From contig JADZDP010000016.1 of assembly GCA_020850995.1 (NCBI GenBank), positions 420 to 64,419 on the forward strand: DNA of 64,000 nucleotides. Direction: 5' to 3'. The position numbers and the translations under genes are program-made. Positions 41,511 through 53,759 of the stretch are shown piece after piece. The notes beneath the pieces are model-generated. The model saw nothing but the letters and a program-made list of their open reading frames with translations. It was not told the origin of the DNA and searched no databases. The DNA is from Deltaproteobacteria bacterium. GTDB lineage: Bacteria > Myxococcota > UBA727 > VGSZ01. The first letter of the stretch is position 1. Each line of letters opens with the position of its first letter.

Positions 41511-42835
41511 AGTGAGCGCAGGAAGGCGAGCAGCGCGGCGCGCTCGCTGGCCGGCAAGGTGCGGAAGGCCTCTTTGGCGCGCTCCGCCTCGCCGCCGTGC
41601 CACAAGATGGCCTCGGCGAGGTCGCGCGCGCGGCCGTCGTGCAGCAGGCCAGCGTAGGGGAGCACGGTCTGCGCCAAGCCAAGGCCCCACAGCGGTGCCG
41701 TGCGCCACTCCATCGCCGAGGCGAAGTAGTCGGTGCGGCCGTCGGCGAGGTCAAAGCCCACGTCGTGCAGCAGCAGGTCCGAGTAGGCGTGGATGCGCTG
41801 CTGCGCGAGCGCGTCGATCTCGTGCTCGCCGGTCTCGAGGGTCTCGACGTGGCAGGCGACGCAGCCCACATCGACGAACAGCGCTTCGCCCTGCTGCACA
41901 TCTGGATCCTCGAGGGCGGTACGCGCGGGTACCGCGAGGGTCTGCGTATAGAACGCGGCGCTGGTCAGGGTCTCGAGCGCGAGCTCGTAGCTGCCGTCCT
42001 CCTCGGGGAAGAGCGACGAGGTGACGCCCATGTCGTTGGCGTAGGCCGCGGCCGCCTGCTGCAAGAGCGTGGGCTCGCTGGCCTTCCACCCGAAGCGGCC
42101 TACGCGCGTCGTGCTCTCTGCGCGGTGCCACACCTCGTTGACGCGGCCGGAGATGCCGTCGCCGTCGCCGTCTTGGGGATCGGCGAGCTCGCGCAGCGCG
42201 TCGTCGGGCACCACCTCGAGGAGCCCGAGGCCGAATACGGGAGGAGGTATGCGTGCCGAGCTCAGCACCGCGGCCGACAAGGGCTCGCCGTTTGCCAGCG
42301 TGATGCTGATGCGCGGGCGGCGCAGCGTGTAGGGCTCGCCGTCGCCGTACCGGCCGCTCACCTCGTCGTACGCAAGCTCGACCTGAGCCTCTGGGGTCGC
42401 ACCGAAGATGGCGTGATCCTGGACCTGCAGGCCAAGGCCAGGGACGGGCACGGGGCCGCCGGGGACCACGGCCTTTCCGTCGGAGGCGCTGACACGTACC
42501 AGGAGCGGGCTGCCAAGGGGTCCTTGCCCCGCCACGGGCAGTCCGCGCCCGTCACGCACGTGGCAGCGATTGCACGCACTGTTGTTGAAGACGGGGCCGA
42601 GGCCAGGGTTGATGGTGGCGGGCGGCGACACGAAGACCGCCTCGAACGCCACGTCGCCCTCGAGGTGCAGGTCCAGCTCTTCGTCGCTCAGGTTCGGCGC
42701 CGGAAAGGAATAGGCGTTCGAGCTGCGATCGATCACCGTGGTGGCGCCACCGGCGAGCGGCAGCACGCCGGGTTCACCGATGCCGTCGAGGCACGCGGTG
42801 CAGCCGAGCACGAGGAGCAACGACGACGCACGCAT
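41507..42835 (-). CDS. Di-heme oxidoreductase family protein (DHOR/DUF1111)
   Basis: GLGPVFNNSACNRCH, FGLGLLE, GRFGWKA, CVACH, YSDLLLHD, WRTAPLWG, LLHDGRA. Confidence 0.93.
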   Translation of the reverse strand: MRASSLLLVLGCTACLDGIGEPGVLPLAGGATTVIDRSSNAYSFPAPNLSDEELDLHLEGDVAFEAVFVSPPATINPGLGPVFNNSACNRCHVRDGRGLPVAGQGPLGSPLLVRVSASDGKAVVPGGPVPVPGLGLQVQDHAIFGATPEAQVELAYDEVSGRYGDGEPYTLRRPRISITLANGEPLSAAVLSSARIPPPVFGLGLLEVVPDDALRELADPQDGDGDGISGRVNEVWHRAESTTRVGRFGWKASEPTLLQQAAAAYANDMGVTSSLFPEEDGSYELALETLTSAAFYTQTLAVPARTALEDPDVQQGEALFVDVGCVACHVETLETGEHEIDALAQQRIHAYSDLLLHDVGFDLADGRTDYFASAMEWRTAPLWGLGLAQTVLPYAGLLHDGRARDLAEAILWHGGEAERAKEAFRTLPASERAALLAFLRSL

Positions 42836-42856
42836 GGCAGTCCCAGGCGACGCCGG

Positions 42857-43933
42857 TCAGCGCAGCACGAGCGGTTGCAGCTCGCCCTCGAGGGTGGCCT
42901 GCAGCGCGCGCACGGCGAGCTGCGCGGCCTCGAGCTCGTCGTCGGCAGCGTCGTCGGTGATGGCGATGGAGAAGGGGGGCGGGATGGCCCCGATGGCGGT
43001 GATGGCCGCGGTGAGGCCGGACCGGACGCGCGCGTCGAGCGCTGCGTCTCGCTCGGCCACCCAGCTGCCGAGGCCGCGCCCCGCGGTGCCCGCGCTCGGC
43101 ACCGCGCCGGTGTAGACGTTCTCGACGCTGCGCAGGTTGTCTTGGAAGTCGGCGATGGAGTTGAGCGCAAACTGGCTCTCCACCAGGTCCGGATCGTGCT
43201 CGTCCCAGGGATCCGCGATCTTGCCGTTCGCCACCTCGTCGCAGATGCCCACCATGCCGTCGAGGAGCTCCTGCACCGCGGCGCTGAGCGAGGGGTAGGC
43301 GGTGTTGCCGTCCTCACCCGCGCCCGCCAGCAGATCGCGGTAGGGCGGGTTGCCGTCGACGCTGGTGGTCCAGCTGTTGGCGAGCGCGTTGGCCACGGCG
43401 GCGAGCTCGGCGGTGATGGCGGTGAGGTACTCGAGCTCGCGCGCCGTCAGCGCCGCCGCGGTCTTGCTGCGCGCGATGCCGAAGATCAGGTACTCGGCGG
43501 TGTGGAAGCCCTTTTGGTTCTCCTGCAAGTTGGCGATGAGCTCCGGGGTGAGCGCGGCGTCGGAGGCCAGCACGGCGTCGAGATCGGTGTGATTGACCGG
43601 CCAGCTATCGAGCGCAGGGTCGTAGCCGAAGCTGTTCACGGGCCCAAAGAGGAACCCCTCGCTCTGCTCCCAGGGCACGCGCGCGGCGATCCAGGCCCGC
43701 TGCGCCGCGGCAAGGGTGGCGTCGCTCGGCGCCTGTGCCAGCGCCTCGGCGCTCGTGTGCAAGGCGTCGACGCGCTCGGCCAGCAGCGCGTAGGTAGGAA
43801 CTACGACCTGGTCGGTGAAGTCGATGACGATCTGCGGATCGTCGAGCCCAGGGAGAACGTGCTCCTCTGGCACGCAGGCCGTGACCAGCGAGGTGGCGAG
43901 CGCGACGGCAGCAGCACCAGACAACGAACGCAT
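42857..43933 (-). CDS. Imelysin-like iron-regulated lipoprotein (IrpA/LruB-like)
   Basis: ATG 43933 with GGAGG upstream; lipobox VTA-C; WEQSEGFLFGP, DSWP, GFHTAE (GxHxxE), ES.F..NS..DF..N. Confidence 0.92.
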   Translation of the reverse strand: MRSLSGAAAVALATSLVTACVPEEHVLPGLDDPQIVIDFTDQVVVPTYALLAERVDALHTSAEALAQAPSDATLAAAQRAWIAARVPWEQSEGFLFGPVNSFGYDPALDSWPVNHTDLDAVLASDAALTPELIANLQENQKGFHTAEYLIFGIARSKTAAALTARELEYLTAITAELAAVANALANSWTTSVDGNPPYRDLLAGAGEDGNTAYPSLSAAVQELLDGMVGICDEVANGKIADPWDEHDPDLVESQFALNSIADFQDNLRSVENVYTGAVPSAGTAGRGLGSWVAERDAALDARVRSGLTAAITAIGAIPPPFSIAITDDAADDELEAAQLAVRALQATLEGELQPLVLR

Positions 43934-43944
43934 ACGGACCTCCA

Positions 43945-45444
43945 TCAATAAACGAAGCCGAGCGCCAGGCGCACGGTCTCCTCGCTGTTGAGCTCAGCCG
44001 AGCCGAAGCGGCGGTGGCTCGCGTCGAGCTTGAGCACCAGCGCGTTGCCGATGCTCCACGAGGCGCCAACGCCAACCACCAGGCGCTCGAAGCGCGGGTT
44101 GTCGAACAGGCCCTCACGCGGCAGGAACATGGCGTCGGCCCAGTCGATGCGGAGGAAGGGCTCGAGCGCATGGTCGCCCGGCAGCCCCACCCAGGGCGCC
44201 ACGTCGAGGCCAAGCTCGCCCCACGCCAGCAACGCCTGGTCGGACACTGGCGTGCGCGGCACTGCCAGGGCGTTCGACAGTCGCTCGTTGCGCGTCGACA
44301 CGGCGGCGGCGTTGGCCAGGTAACCCCACAGCACCATGGCGCTGCCCCGCACCGGCCCGAAACGCACGTTGCCGTGCGCATCCACGAGCGTGAGCGGCGC
44401 GTCCACGTAGCCGCAGGGCGCCACTACGTCGTCGGCACCGTCGGGGCAGTCCTTCACCAGGTCGGGCTTGGGACGGTTCCTGCTGGTGCCGCCGTAGTAG
44501 GCCGAAAGCCCAAGCTCGGTGTCGGGCATCGGAAAGGCGTCGAGGCGCCCAACCACGGCGAGGTCGGTGGCGCGCACCAGCTCGAAGCGCCGTTGGTGGC
44601 CCAGGGCGATGAAGCGCTGCGACGAGAACCCCGTCGAGTCGAGGCCGTTCACCACCTGCGCCGTGGCGCGCAGCCACGGCAGCCACGCCTGCAGTTGCAC
44701 GCCCATCTCGTCCCACACCGCGGGCAAAAGCAGGCTCTCGGCCTCGGAGCGCGTGGTGCCCAGGTAGTCGACGGGGCGGTAGTGGTGCGAGAGCTGGCCC
44801 ACGGCCACGTAGAAGCGCCCGGCGCTCACGGCCACGTGGCCGCCCAAGCGCTTGGTGAGGAAGAGCTCCTCGAGCAGTACCTCGCCGCCCTTCTCCCCCT
44901 CGAGTTCGAACTCGCCGAACTCCTCGTACTCGAGCTCCATGGCGGCGCCGGTGCCGCCGTGCTCGAGCTCGATCTCGGCCTCCGCCTCGACGTCGAAGGG
45001 CAGCTCGGCGATGAGCTCGAGCACGAAGCGCGTGGTGTCGAGCTCGAGGCGCAGGTCGCGCTGGGCGCCACCCTGGCGGTTCTGATCGGGTGCGAAGGCG
45101 AAGAACGCCCCCTGCAGCTCGCCGTAGCCCTGAAAGCGGAGCGTCGGGAGCGCGGGCGGAACAGGCGGCGGGGGGGGCAGGGCCGCGGGGGGCGCCGCCG
45201 CGGCCGCCGCTTGGTCCGCGAGCCGGCGCTCGAGGAGCTCGACGCGGCGCCGCAGCGCCTCGAGCTCCTCGCTCGCCGGCGTTGCCTCCGTGGAGGCTCG
45301 CTGCGTCGGCCCTACTTCAATCGGCGCAGTGGCGACCGCCTTATCGTGCTCGGGAGGGTCCTCGGCCGCGGCCCGTTGCGCCCACGGCAGCGCGAGCAGC
45401 AGCGCGAGCGCGCAGGGCAGGGCGGTGAAACCTCGGCGTCTCAT
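43945..45444 (-). CDS. Outer-membrane porin of imelysin-DHOR iron loci
   Basis: Signal peptide, coiled coil, EIELEHGG, GEVLLEE, amphipathic strands, C-terminal LGFVY. Confidence 0.85.
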   Translation of the reverse strand: MRRRGFTALPCALALLLALPWAQRAAAEDPPEHDKAVATAPIEVGPTQRASTEATPASEELEALRRRVELLERRLADQAAAAAAPPAALPPPPPVPPALPTLRFQGYGELQGAFFAFAPDQNRQGGAQRDLRLELDTTRFVLELIAELPFDVEAEAEIELEHGGTGAAMELEYEEFGEFELEGEKGGEVLLEELFLTKRLGGHVAVSAGRFYVAVGQLSHHYRPVDYLGTTRSEAESLLLPAVWDEMGVQLQAWLPWLRATAQVVNGLDSTGFSSQRFIALGHQRRFELVRATDLAVVGRLDAFPMPDTELGLSAYYGGTSRNRPKPDLVKDCPDGADDVVAPCGYVDAPLTLVDAHGNVRFGPVRGSAMVLWGYLANAAAVSTRNERLSNALAVPRTPVSDQALLAWGELGLDVAPWVGLPGDHALEPFLRIDWADAMFLPREGLFDNPRFERLVVGVGASWSIGNALVLKLDASHRRFGSAELNSEETVRLALGFVY

Positions 45445-45475
45445 CGGGGTCAGGGTGCAGATCGATGATGGAAAC

Positions 45476-45495
45476 AACAGTGATAACCATTATCA
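45476..45495. promoter_or_regulatory. Fur box
   Basis: TGATAAC-C-ATTATCA (45481-45495) matches the 7-1-7 consensus at 13/14 positions; 45476-45494 matches GATAATGATAATCATTATC at 15/19. AT-rich island upstream of iron-type genes. Confidence 0.85.
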
Positions 45496-45516
45496 TAATC
45501 GCGACTATCGTGTCAA
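45489..45516 (-). promoter_or_regulatory. Sigma70-type promoter overlapping the Fur box
   Basis: Minus strand TTGACA (45516-45511), 16-nt spacer, GATAAT (45494-45489). Confidence 0.7.
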
Positions 45517-45655
45517 GAGCGAAGGACGCCATCAGCAGACATGGCGGTCCAGGGCGAAGATCGGCGCGCGGCGACGCAGCAAGGGCGCGCGAAGGGCAAT
45601 GGTACGGTGCGGCAGGGACCGCAGCGCGGGTCGGCGGGCTCATGGCGCGCCGGCG

Positions 45656-49138
<3,483 letters not shown>

Positions 49139-49209
49139 CGTCGGGCAGCCTACACTGGCCGCGGCGCCTTGTTACAGCACGGCGCGGCCATCGGGACAGC
49201 TTCAGAGGC

Positions 49210-49791
49210 CTACTCCCACGCCACGCGCCAGCGCACGCGCCGGTTGGTTTCGTCGGTCGCGACCTCGACGGTGCCGGTGCGGCGGGTCAAGAAGAAGCAG
49301 GCGTCGATGACGCCGGCGACGCCGACGAAGTAGCTCGGCGCTACCAGCACCACGTCGGGCGCGCGCTCGAGCACGATGGCGTGGGTGCCGTCGCGTTGCT
49401 CGATCTCGAGGTCGCCGCAGTCGCGGTAGATGGTGTTCCACAGCCGGGGCCCGAGACGAAGGAGCGCCAGAGGCGTCAGGCCGAGCATGCGCTGCAGGCC
49501 GGCAAACAGCGGCTTGAGCACCGGGCCCTCGACAGCATCCAGGAACACCTCGCGGTTGGCCCGCCGCAACCCCTGCTCGCCCACCACGTCGTAGATGGCG
49601 CAGGTCAGCGCCACGTCGAGCTCCACCGGGGCCCAGTCGTCGGGCCGCACCGCGGCCAGCGCCTGGCGCGTCGGTTCTCCCAGGCGCTCGTTGACCCTCG
49701 CGGCCACGCCTGGGCCGAGCCGCTCGACCACCGCGTAGTTGTCGCGCAGGTACACCCCTCGGATGGCGGGGGCCGGTGATCGCTCGGACAC
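49210..49791 (-). CDS. Myxococcota-type DUF2378/TIGR02265-like protein
   Basis: GTG 49791; IRG..L...V..LG, W.P.E, P..LL...PRLW..IY, and C-terminal W patterns. Confidence 0.65.
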   Translation of the reverse strand: MSERSPAPAIRGVYLRDNYAVVERLGPGVAARVNERLGEPTRQALAAVRPDDWAPVELDVALTCAIYDVVGEQGLRRANREVFLDAVEGPVLKPLFAGLQRMLGLTPLALLRLGPRLWNTIYRDCGDLEIEQRDGTHAIVLERAPDVVLVAPSYFVGVAGVIDACFFLTRRTGTVEVATDETNRRVRWRVAWE

Positions 49792-49837
49792 GGCGACATG
49801 GTAGCAGGTCGAAGCCGAGCACCTCGCCAGGAGCCCC

Positions 49838-50479
49838 ATGTCCACCAGCTACGAGATCATCTACTTCGGCATACACGGGCGCGCCGAGCCCATCCGCCTC
49901 TTGTTCGCGCTGGCAGGCGTGTCCTTCACGGACACCGCGGTGACGCGGGAGGAGTGGAAGGGCCTCAAGGGCACGATGCCGCTCTTCCAGTTGCCGGTGC
50001 TGGTGGAGCGCAGCGAGGCTGGCGAGCGGCGCATCCCTCAGAGCCAAGCCATCCTCCGCCACCTGGCGCGCAGCTTCGGGCTCTACGGCAACGACGAGGA
50101 CGAGCGTCTGCGCGCCGACGTGCTCGCCGAGACCTGTGTCGACGTGAGCGCAGCGCTGAGCGCGCTGGTGTATGGCCCGAACAAAGACAACCCCGAGGCG
50201 GTGGCCAAATACTGGGCCGAGACGTGGCGCACGGGCGTGGCCAAGCTCGACGCCCTGCTCGCGGCAGCCCCGTCGTCGGCCGCGGGCCTGTTCGTGTGCT
50301 CGCACCCGACCTTCGCCGACGTGGTGGCATTCCAGGTGCTGCACACGCACCTGGTCCACCGCCCCACCTGCCTCGATCCGGCGCCAGCGCTGCGGCGCTT
50401 CCACGATCGCATGGCCGCGCTGCCGCAGTGGCAGGCGTACCTCGCGTCGCGCCGCAAGCACGAGGCTGCGCCGAGCTGA
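49838..50479 (+). CDS. Glutathione S-transferase (sigma-like N-terminal Tyr)
   Basis: YEIIYFGIHGRAEPIRLL, QLPVL, QSQAILRHLAR..GL.G, TFAD. Confidence 0.92.
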   Translation: MSTSYEIIYFGIHGRAEPIRLLFALAGVSFTDTAVTREEWKGLKGTMPLFQLPVLVERSEAGERRIPQSQAILRHLARSFGLYGNDEDERLRADVLAETCVDVSAALSALVYGPNKDNPEAVAKYWAETWRTGVAKLDALLAAAPSSAAGLFVCSHPTFADVVAFQVLHTHLVHRPTCLDPAPALRRFHDRMAALPQWQAYLASRRKHEAAPS

Positions 50480-50572
50480 CACAGGGGGCGGAGCACGCGC
50501 GCCGGTTCGGGGCAGGGGCGCACGAGGCCATGCGCTCGTCGCCGTGGCACGCCACCTGCGTACGCGAGGTGC

Positions 50573-51412
50573 ATGTGCACCATCGACACTCGACCCGCCG
50601 AAGCCGAACGCCAACTGCGCGAGGGCGCGCAGGTCTTGGCGTGCGAGCTGACCGAAGGGCCACGCCGCAAACGCGTCACGGCGCGGGCGCGCATCTTGGC
50701 CGAGCTCCTCGACGCCCTCCTTGGCGACGACACGCCGTCGGCCGTGCGCGCGGCGGCGCAGGAGCTGCGCCGCCGTCCCCTGGCCCACGAGGCAGGCGCG
50801 GCGCGCGCGGGCGGCGTGGCGCGGCTGGCGAGCATGCTGTGGCGCATGCTCTTGGAGCACGGCGCGCTCACCGACGCGCGCGCTCACATCCTGGCCACGC
50901 GGCTGGCCCGTTGGCTCGACGACGCACGCGTGTTGCTCTTGTTCGAGCACGAGGCCGCAAGCAAGCAGCTCGAGGGGGCGCGCCGGGTGCTGCACCACGC
51001 GGTGGCGTCGCGCCGCCCGGGCTTGCTCGCGCGCGCGCAGCGTCTGCCCATCGACCGCGCGCTGCTCGCGCGGCTCGACCTCGGCGCCGATGTGGTGGCG
51101 CGCTACCACGACAACGGTCACCTGGCGTGCTTGCACGTGCGCGGGCGCGAGGCGCCGCGGCTCGAGTTGGCCCGCGCGCCCGGGTCCGGCAGCTTCCGCG
51201 ACGAGGGCTCGCGCGGCGGCTCACGGTACGCGACGAGCGAGAGCTACCGCGACGGCCACGCCTGCGGCATGTTCTTCAGCCCTTGGCACGACGGCGACGA
51301 GTACCGCCAACCCATCCCGTGGCTTCTGTGGGTGATCGAGTGCGCCGGTACCATCGCCCGCGCCGCCCGCGCTACACCTCGGTCTCCTCGTCGCTCTCGT
51401 CGATCACGATGA
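50573..51412 (+). CDS. Hypothetical protein
   Basis: 279-aa GC3-rich ORF filling the gap; weak MORN-like motifs YHDNGHL and YRDGHACG; 41-nt tail overlap with the convergent kinase. Confidence 0.5.
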   Translation: MCTIDTRPAEAERQLREGAQVLACELTEGPRRKRVTARARILAELLDALLGDDTPSAVRAAAQELRRRPLAHEAGAARAGGVARLASMLWRMLLEHGALTDARAHILATRLARWLDDARVLLLFEHEAASKQLEGARRVLHHAVASRRPGLLARAQRLPIDRALLARLDLGADVVARYHDNGHLACLHVRGREAPRLELARAPGSGSFRDEGSRGGSRYATSESYRDGHACGMFFSPWHDGDEYRQPIPWLLWVIECAGTIARAARATPRSPRRSRRSR

Positions 51413-52670
51413 CGTCGAGCGCCACGGACTTGTCGGTGCTGCGCTCGCTCGTTGCCGCGCGGATCGCCGGGTGCACGGGGTCCATCATGATGGTGTCGGC
51501 GGTGTCGGTGGACGGGACGTGGTGGCGCGGCTCCAGCGGCGTCTCCGAGTCCTGCAACGACGCCTCGTCGCTCGGCGCCAGCCCCGCTTGACGCAGATAC
51601 TCCTCCTCGTCGAGGCGCATGGTGGGCGCCAGGCCGCTCGGCATCACCAGCTCCTTGGGCACCGTCATGGTGAACACCATGTCGACGTCGCTCTTGGACG
51701 GCAGCGCGGGGGCGAGGAGCGTGCGCGACACCAGCTCGGTGGCGTCTGGTGGTGGGGCCTTCGCCTCGCTGCGCGACGGCGACGCGGGCTTGCCCTTGGG
51801 TGCCGCGGGCGCGGAAGCGGCTCGCACGGCGGCGGCCAGCGCCTCGCGTCCGCCCGCCATGCGGCCCGCCAAGCGCGTGAACACGGCGCTGGCGGCGCGC
51901 GCGTTCTTGAGGCGGCGGTCGTTTGGGGCCACCAGTGCATGGATCGCGTCGCTCAGATCGGGGTCGACCTTCTCGCTCGGCTGGAGCTTGGTGAGCGTGC
52001 CGTCCATGGCGGCCTTGATGGTGAGCACCTCGTCGCCCGGGACGGCGTAGCGCGCCAGCGCCGCCTCCCACAGCGTGACGCCGAGCGCCCACAGGTCGGT
52101 GACGCGTGTGTGATCGCCGCCCGCCAGGATCTCGGGAGCCAGATAGCGCAGCGTGCCCTTGACCACGCCGATCTGGGTCGACTTCTGCTGCCGATCCGAC
52201 GAGCGGGCGATGCCGAGATCGATGAGGCGCGCCTGGCCGGAGGCGTCGATCATGACGTTGTTGGGCGAGATGTCGCGGTGCAAGACGTTGAGCGGACGGC
52301 CACTCTCGTCGGTGGCACTGTGAATGGCGTCGAGCGCGCCGGCGAGCTCTTGCCCCAGCGTGGCCACGGCGGCGGGCGGCAAGGGCCCGGCGCGCCGCAG
52401 CTCGTACAGCGTCTTGCCTTCGATCCAGGCCACCACGAGCACGCCGCGGCCGTTGTCGACGAAGTAGTCGAGCGTCTCGACGATGGCCGGGTGCTTGAGG
52501 CGCATGCCGGTGCGCGCCTCGTCGCCCATGGCCGCCAGCGAGTTGTCGTCGTGTCGGTGGGGCACCTTGAGCACCACGATGCGCCCGTCGACGTCGCTGC
52601 CCAGATAGACCGACCCCATGCCGCCCTCGGCCAGCTTGCTGTCGATGCGGTAGCGGCCGAGGCGTTCCAT
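51372..52670 (-). CDS. Serine/threonine protein kinase with a disordered C-terminal tail
   Basis: ATG 52670 MERLGRYRI..LAEGGMG.VY; HRDISPNN, DLG, GTLRYLAPE. Confidence 0.93.
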   Translation of the reverse strand: MERLGRYRIDSKLAEGGMGSVYLGSDVDGRIVVLKVPHRHDDNSLAAMGDEARTGMRLKHPAIVETLDYFVDNGRGVLVVAWIEGKTLYELRRAGPLPPAAVATLGQELAGALDAIHSATDESGRPLNVLHRDISPNNVMIDASGQARLIDLGIARSSDRQQKSTQIGVVKGTLRYLAPEILAGGDHTRVTDLWALGVTLWEAALARYAVPGDEVLTIKAAMDGTLTKLQPSEKVDPDLSDAIHALVAPNDRRLKNARAASAVFTRLAGRMAGGREALAAAVRAASAPAAPKGKPASPSRSEAKAPPPDATELVSRTLLAPALPSKSDVDMVFTMTVPKELVMPSGLAPTMRLDEEEYLRQAGLAPSDEASLQDSETPLEPRHHVPSTDTADTIMMDPVHPAIRAATSERSTDKSVALDVIVIDESDEETEV

Positions 52671-52720
52671 ACGTCGCGCCTGCGGTGTTAGCAGGGCGCG
52701 CGCCGTCGGCCAACGGCGGG

Positions 52721-53758
52721 TCAGCGTCCGACCAGCAGCAGCACGGCGTACATGCCGCCGCAGACCCCCAGCACCGCGCCCAGGCCGGCGACGAGCGCCA
52801 GGGGCGGCACTCGGCTGGCGCGGCCGGCCAGGGCCACCAGCGTCGCCAAGAGCGCCGCGGCGCCGAGGTACAGCTCGGGCCAGGGCGGGCCAGGGTCGGC
52901 CGGCACCAGCGTGACCGGCAGGCGCGCCGCTCGCGCCGTGGTGGGCTTGAGGCGCTCGAGCAGGGCCCGCGCCGCCTCGTCGTCGGCGGGTTGCTCGACG
53001 TCGTCGGGGGCCCCGGCGGCGCGCGCCAGGCGCAGCGAGAAGGCGGCGAGGGGCTCCGCGGGATCGGCGACGCGCGCGGTGGCCCAGGCGCCGAGCTCGT
53101 CGGGCCAGGGGCCGCCGGCGTGCACCACGACCACGGCGCCTGGCGCGAGCTGGCGCGGCGTGTTCACCGCGACGCTCGGCCCGTCGGCGCGCACCACGTC
53201 GCGCACCACGCCGTCCACCACGACGTCGAGGAGCAGGGGGCCCGCGGCCCGATCGACGTGGACCGTGAAGCTCGGCGCAGACGCGTCGAGCTCCGGCGCC
53301 AGGCGCACGCCGACGGCGGTGCGGCGTGCCACGGCGCCCACGGTCGCCACCGCCGGGGCGCGCCCGAGCCAGACGAAGCGCGCGCTCGAGGGTGCGCGCT
53401 GCGCCGCTGCCTCCACGGCGAAGCGCGCGTGCAGGCAAGGCGCGCCGTCGTCGAGGCACACGCGCAGCATGCCGGGCAGCGTGCCGGGTGCGCTTACCGG
53501 CAGGCGCGCGAAGCCAGCGGCGGCGTCGCGTTCGGGCGAGTCGCCGAGCGCGATGGTGCCGCGCAGGGACGCGGGGCCGGTGCCGCCCGCGCGTGCGGCG
53601 CCGAAACGCACCGGCCACGCGTCGCCCACCACGGCGCGGGGCTCGCCGAGCAGGTAGAGGGCCACGTCGGGGGCGGGCATGGCGTGCAAGAGCGCCACGA
53701 GCCACAGCGCGCCCGCGCAGACACCGACCACCACCGCGGCGACGACCGTGGCGCGCAT
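52721..53758 (-). CDS. Hypothetical membrane protein (1 N-terminal and 2 C-terminal TM helices)
   Basis: Begins 1 nt after the rhomboid stop; hydrophobic termini; GC3-rich. Confidence 0.7.
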   Translation of the reverse strand: MRATVVAAVVVGVCAGALWLVALLHAMPAPDVALYLLGEPRAVVGDAWPVRFGAARAGGTGPASLRGTIALGDSPERDAAAGFARLPVSAPGTLPGMLRVCLDDGAPCLHARFAVEAAAQRAPSSARFVWLGRAPAVATVGAVARRTAVGVRLAPELDASAPSFTVHVDRAAGPLLLDVVVDGVVRDVVRADGPSVAVNTPRQLAPGAVVVVHAGGPWPDELGAWATARVADPAEPLAAFSLRLARAAGAPDDVEQPADDEAARALLERLKPTTARAARLPVTLVPADPGPPWPELYLGAAALLATLVALAGRASRVPPLALVAGLGAVLGVCGGMYAVLLLVGR

Positions 53759-53759
53759 A

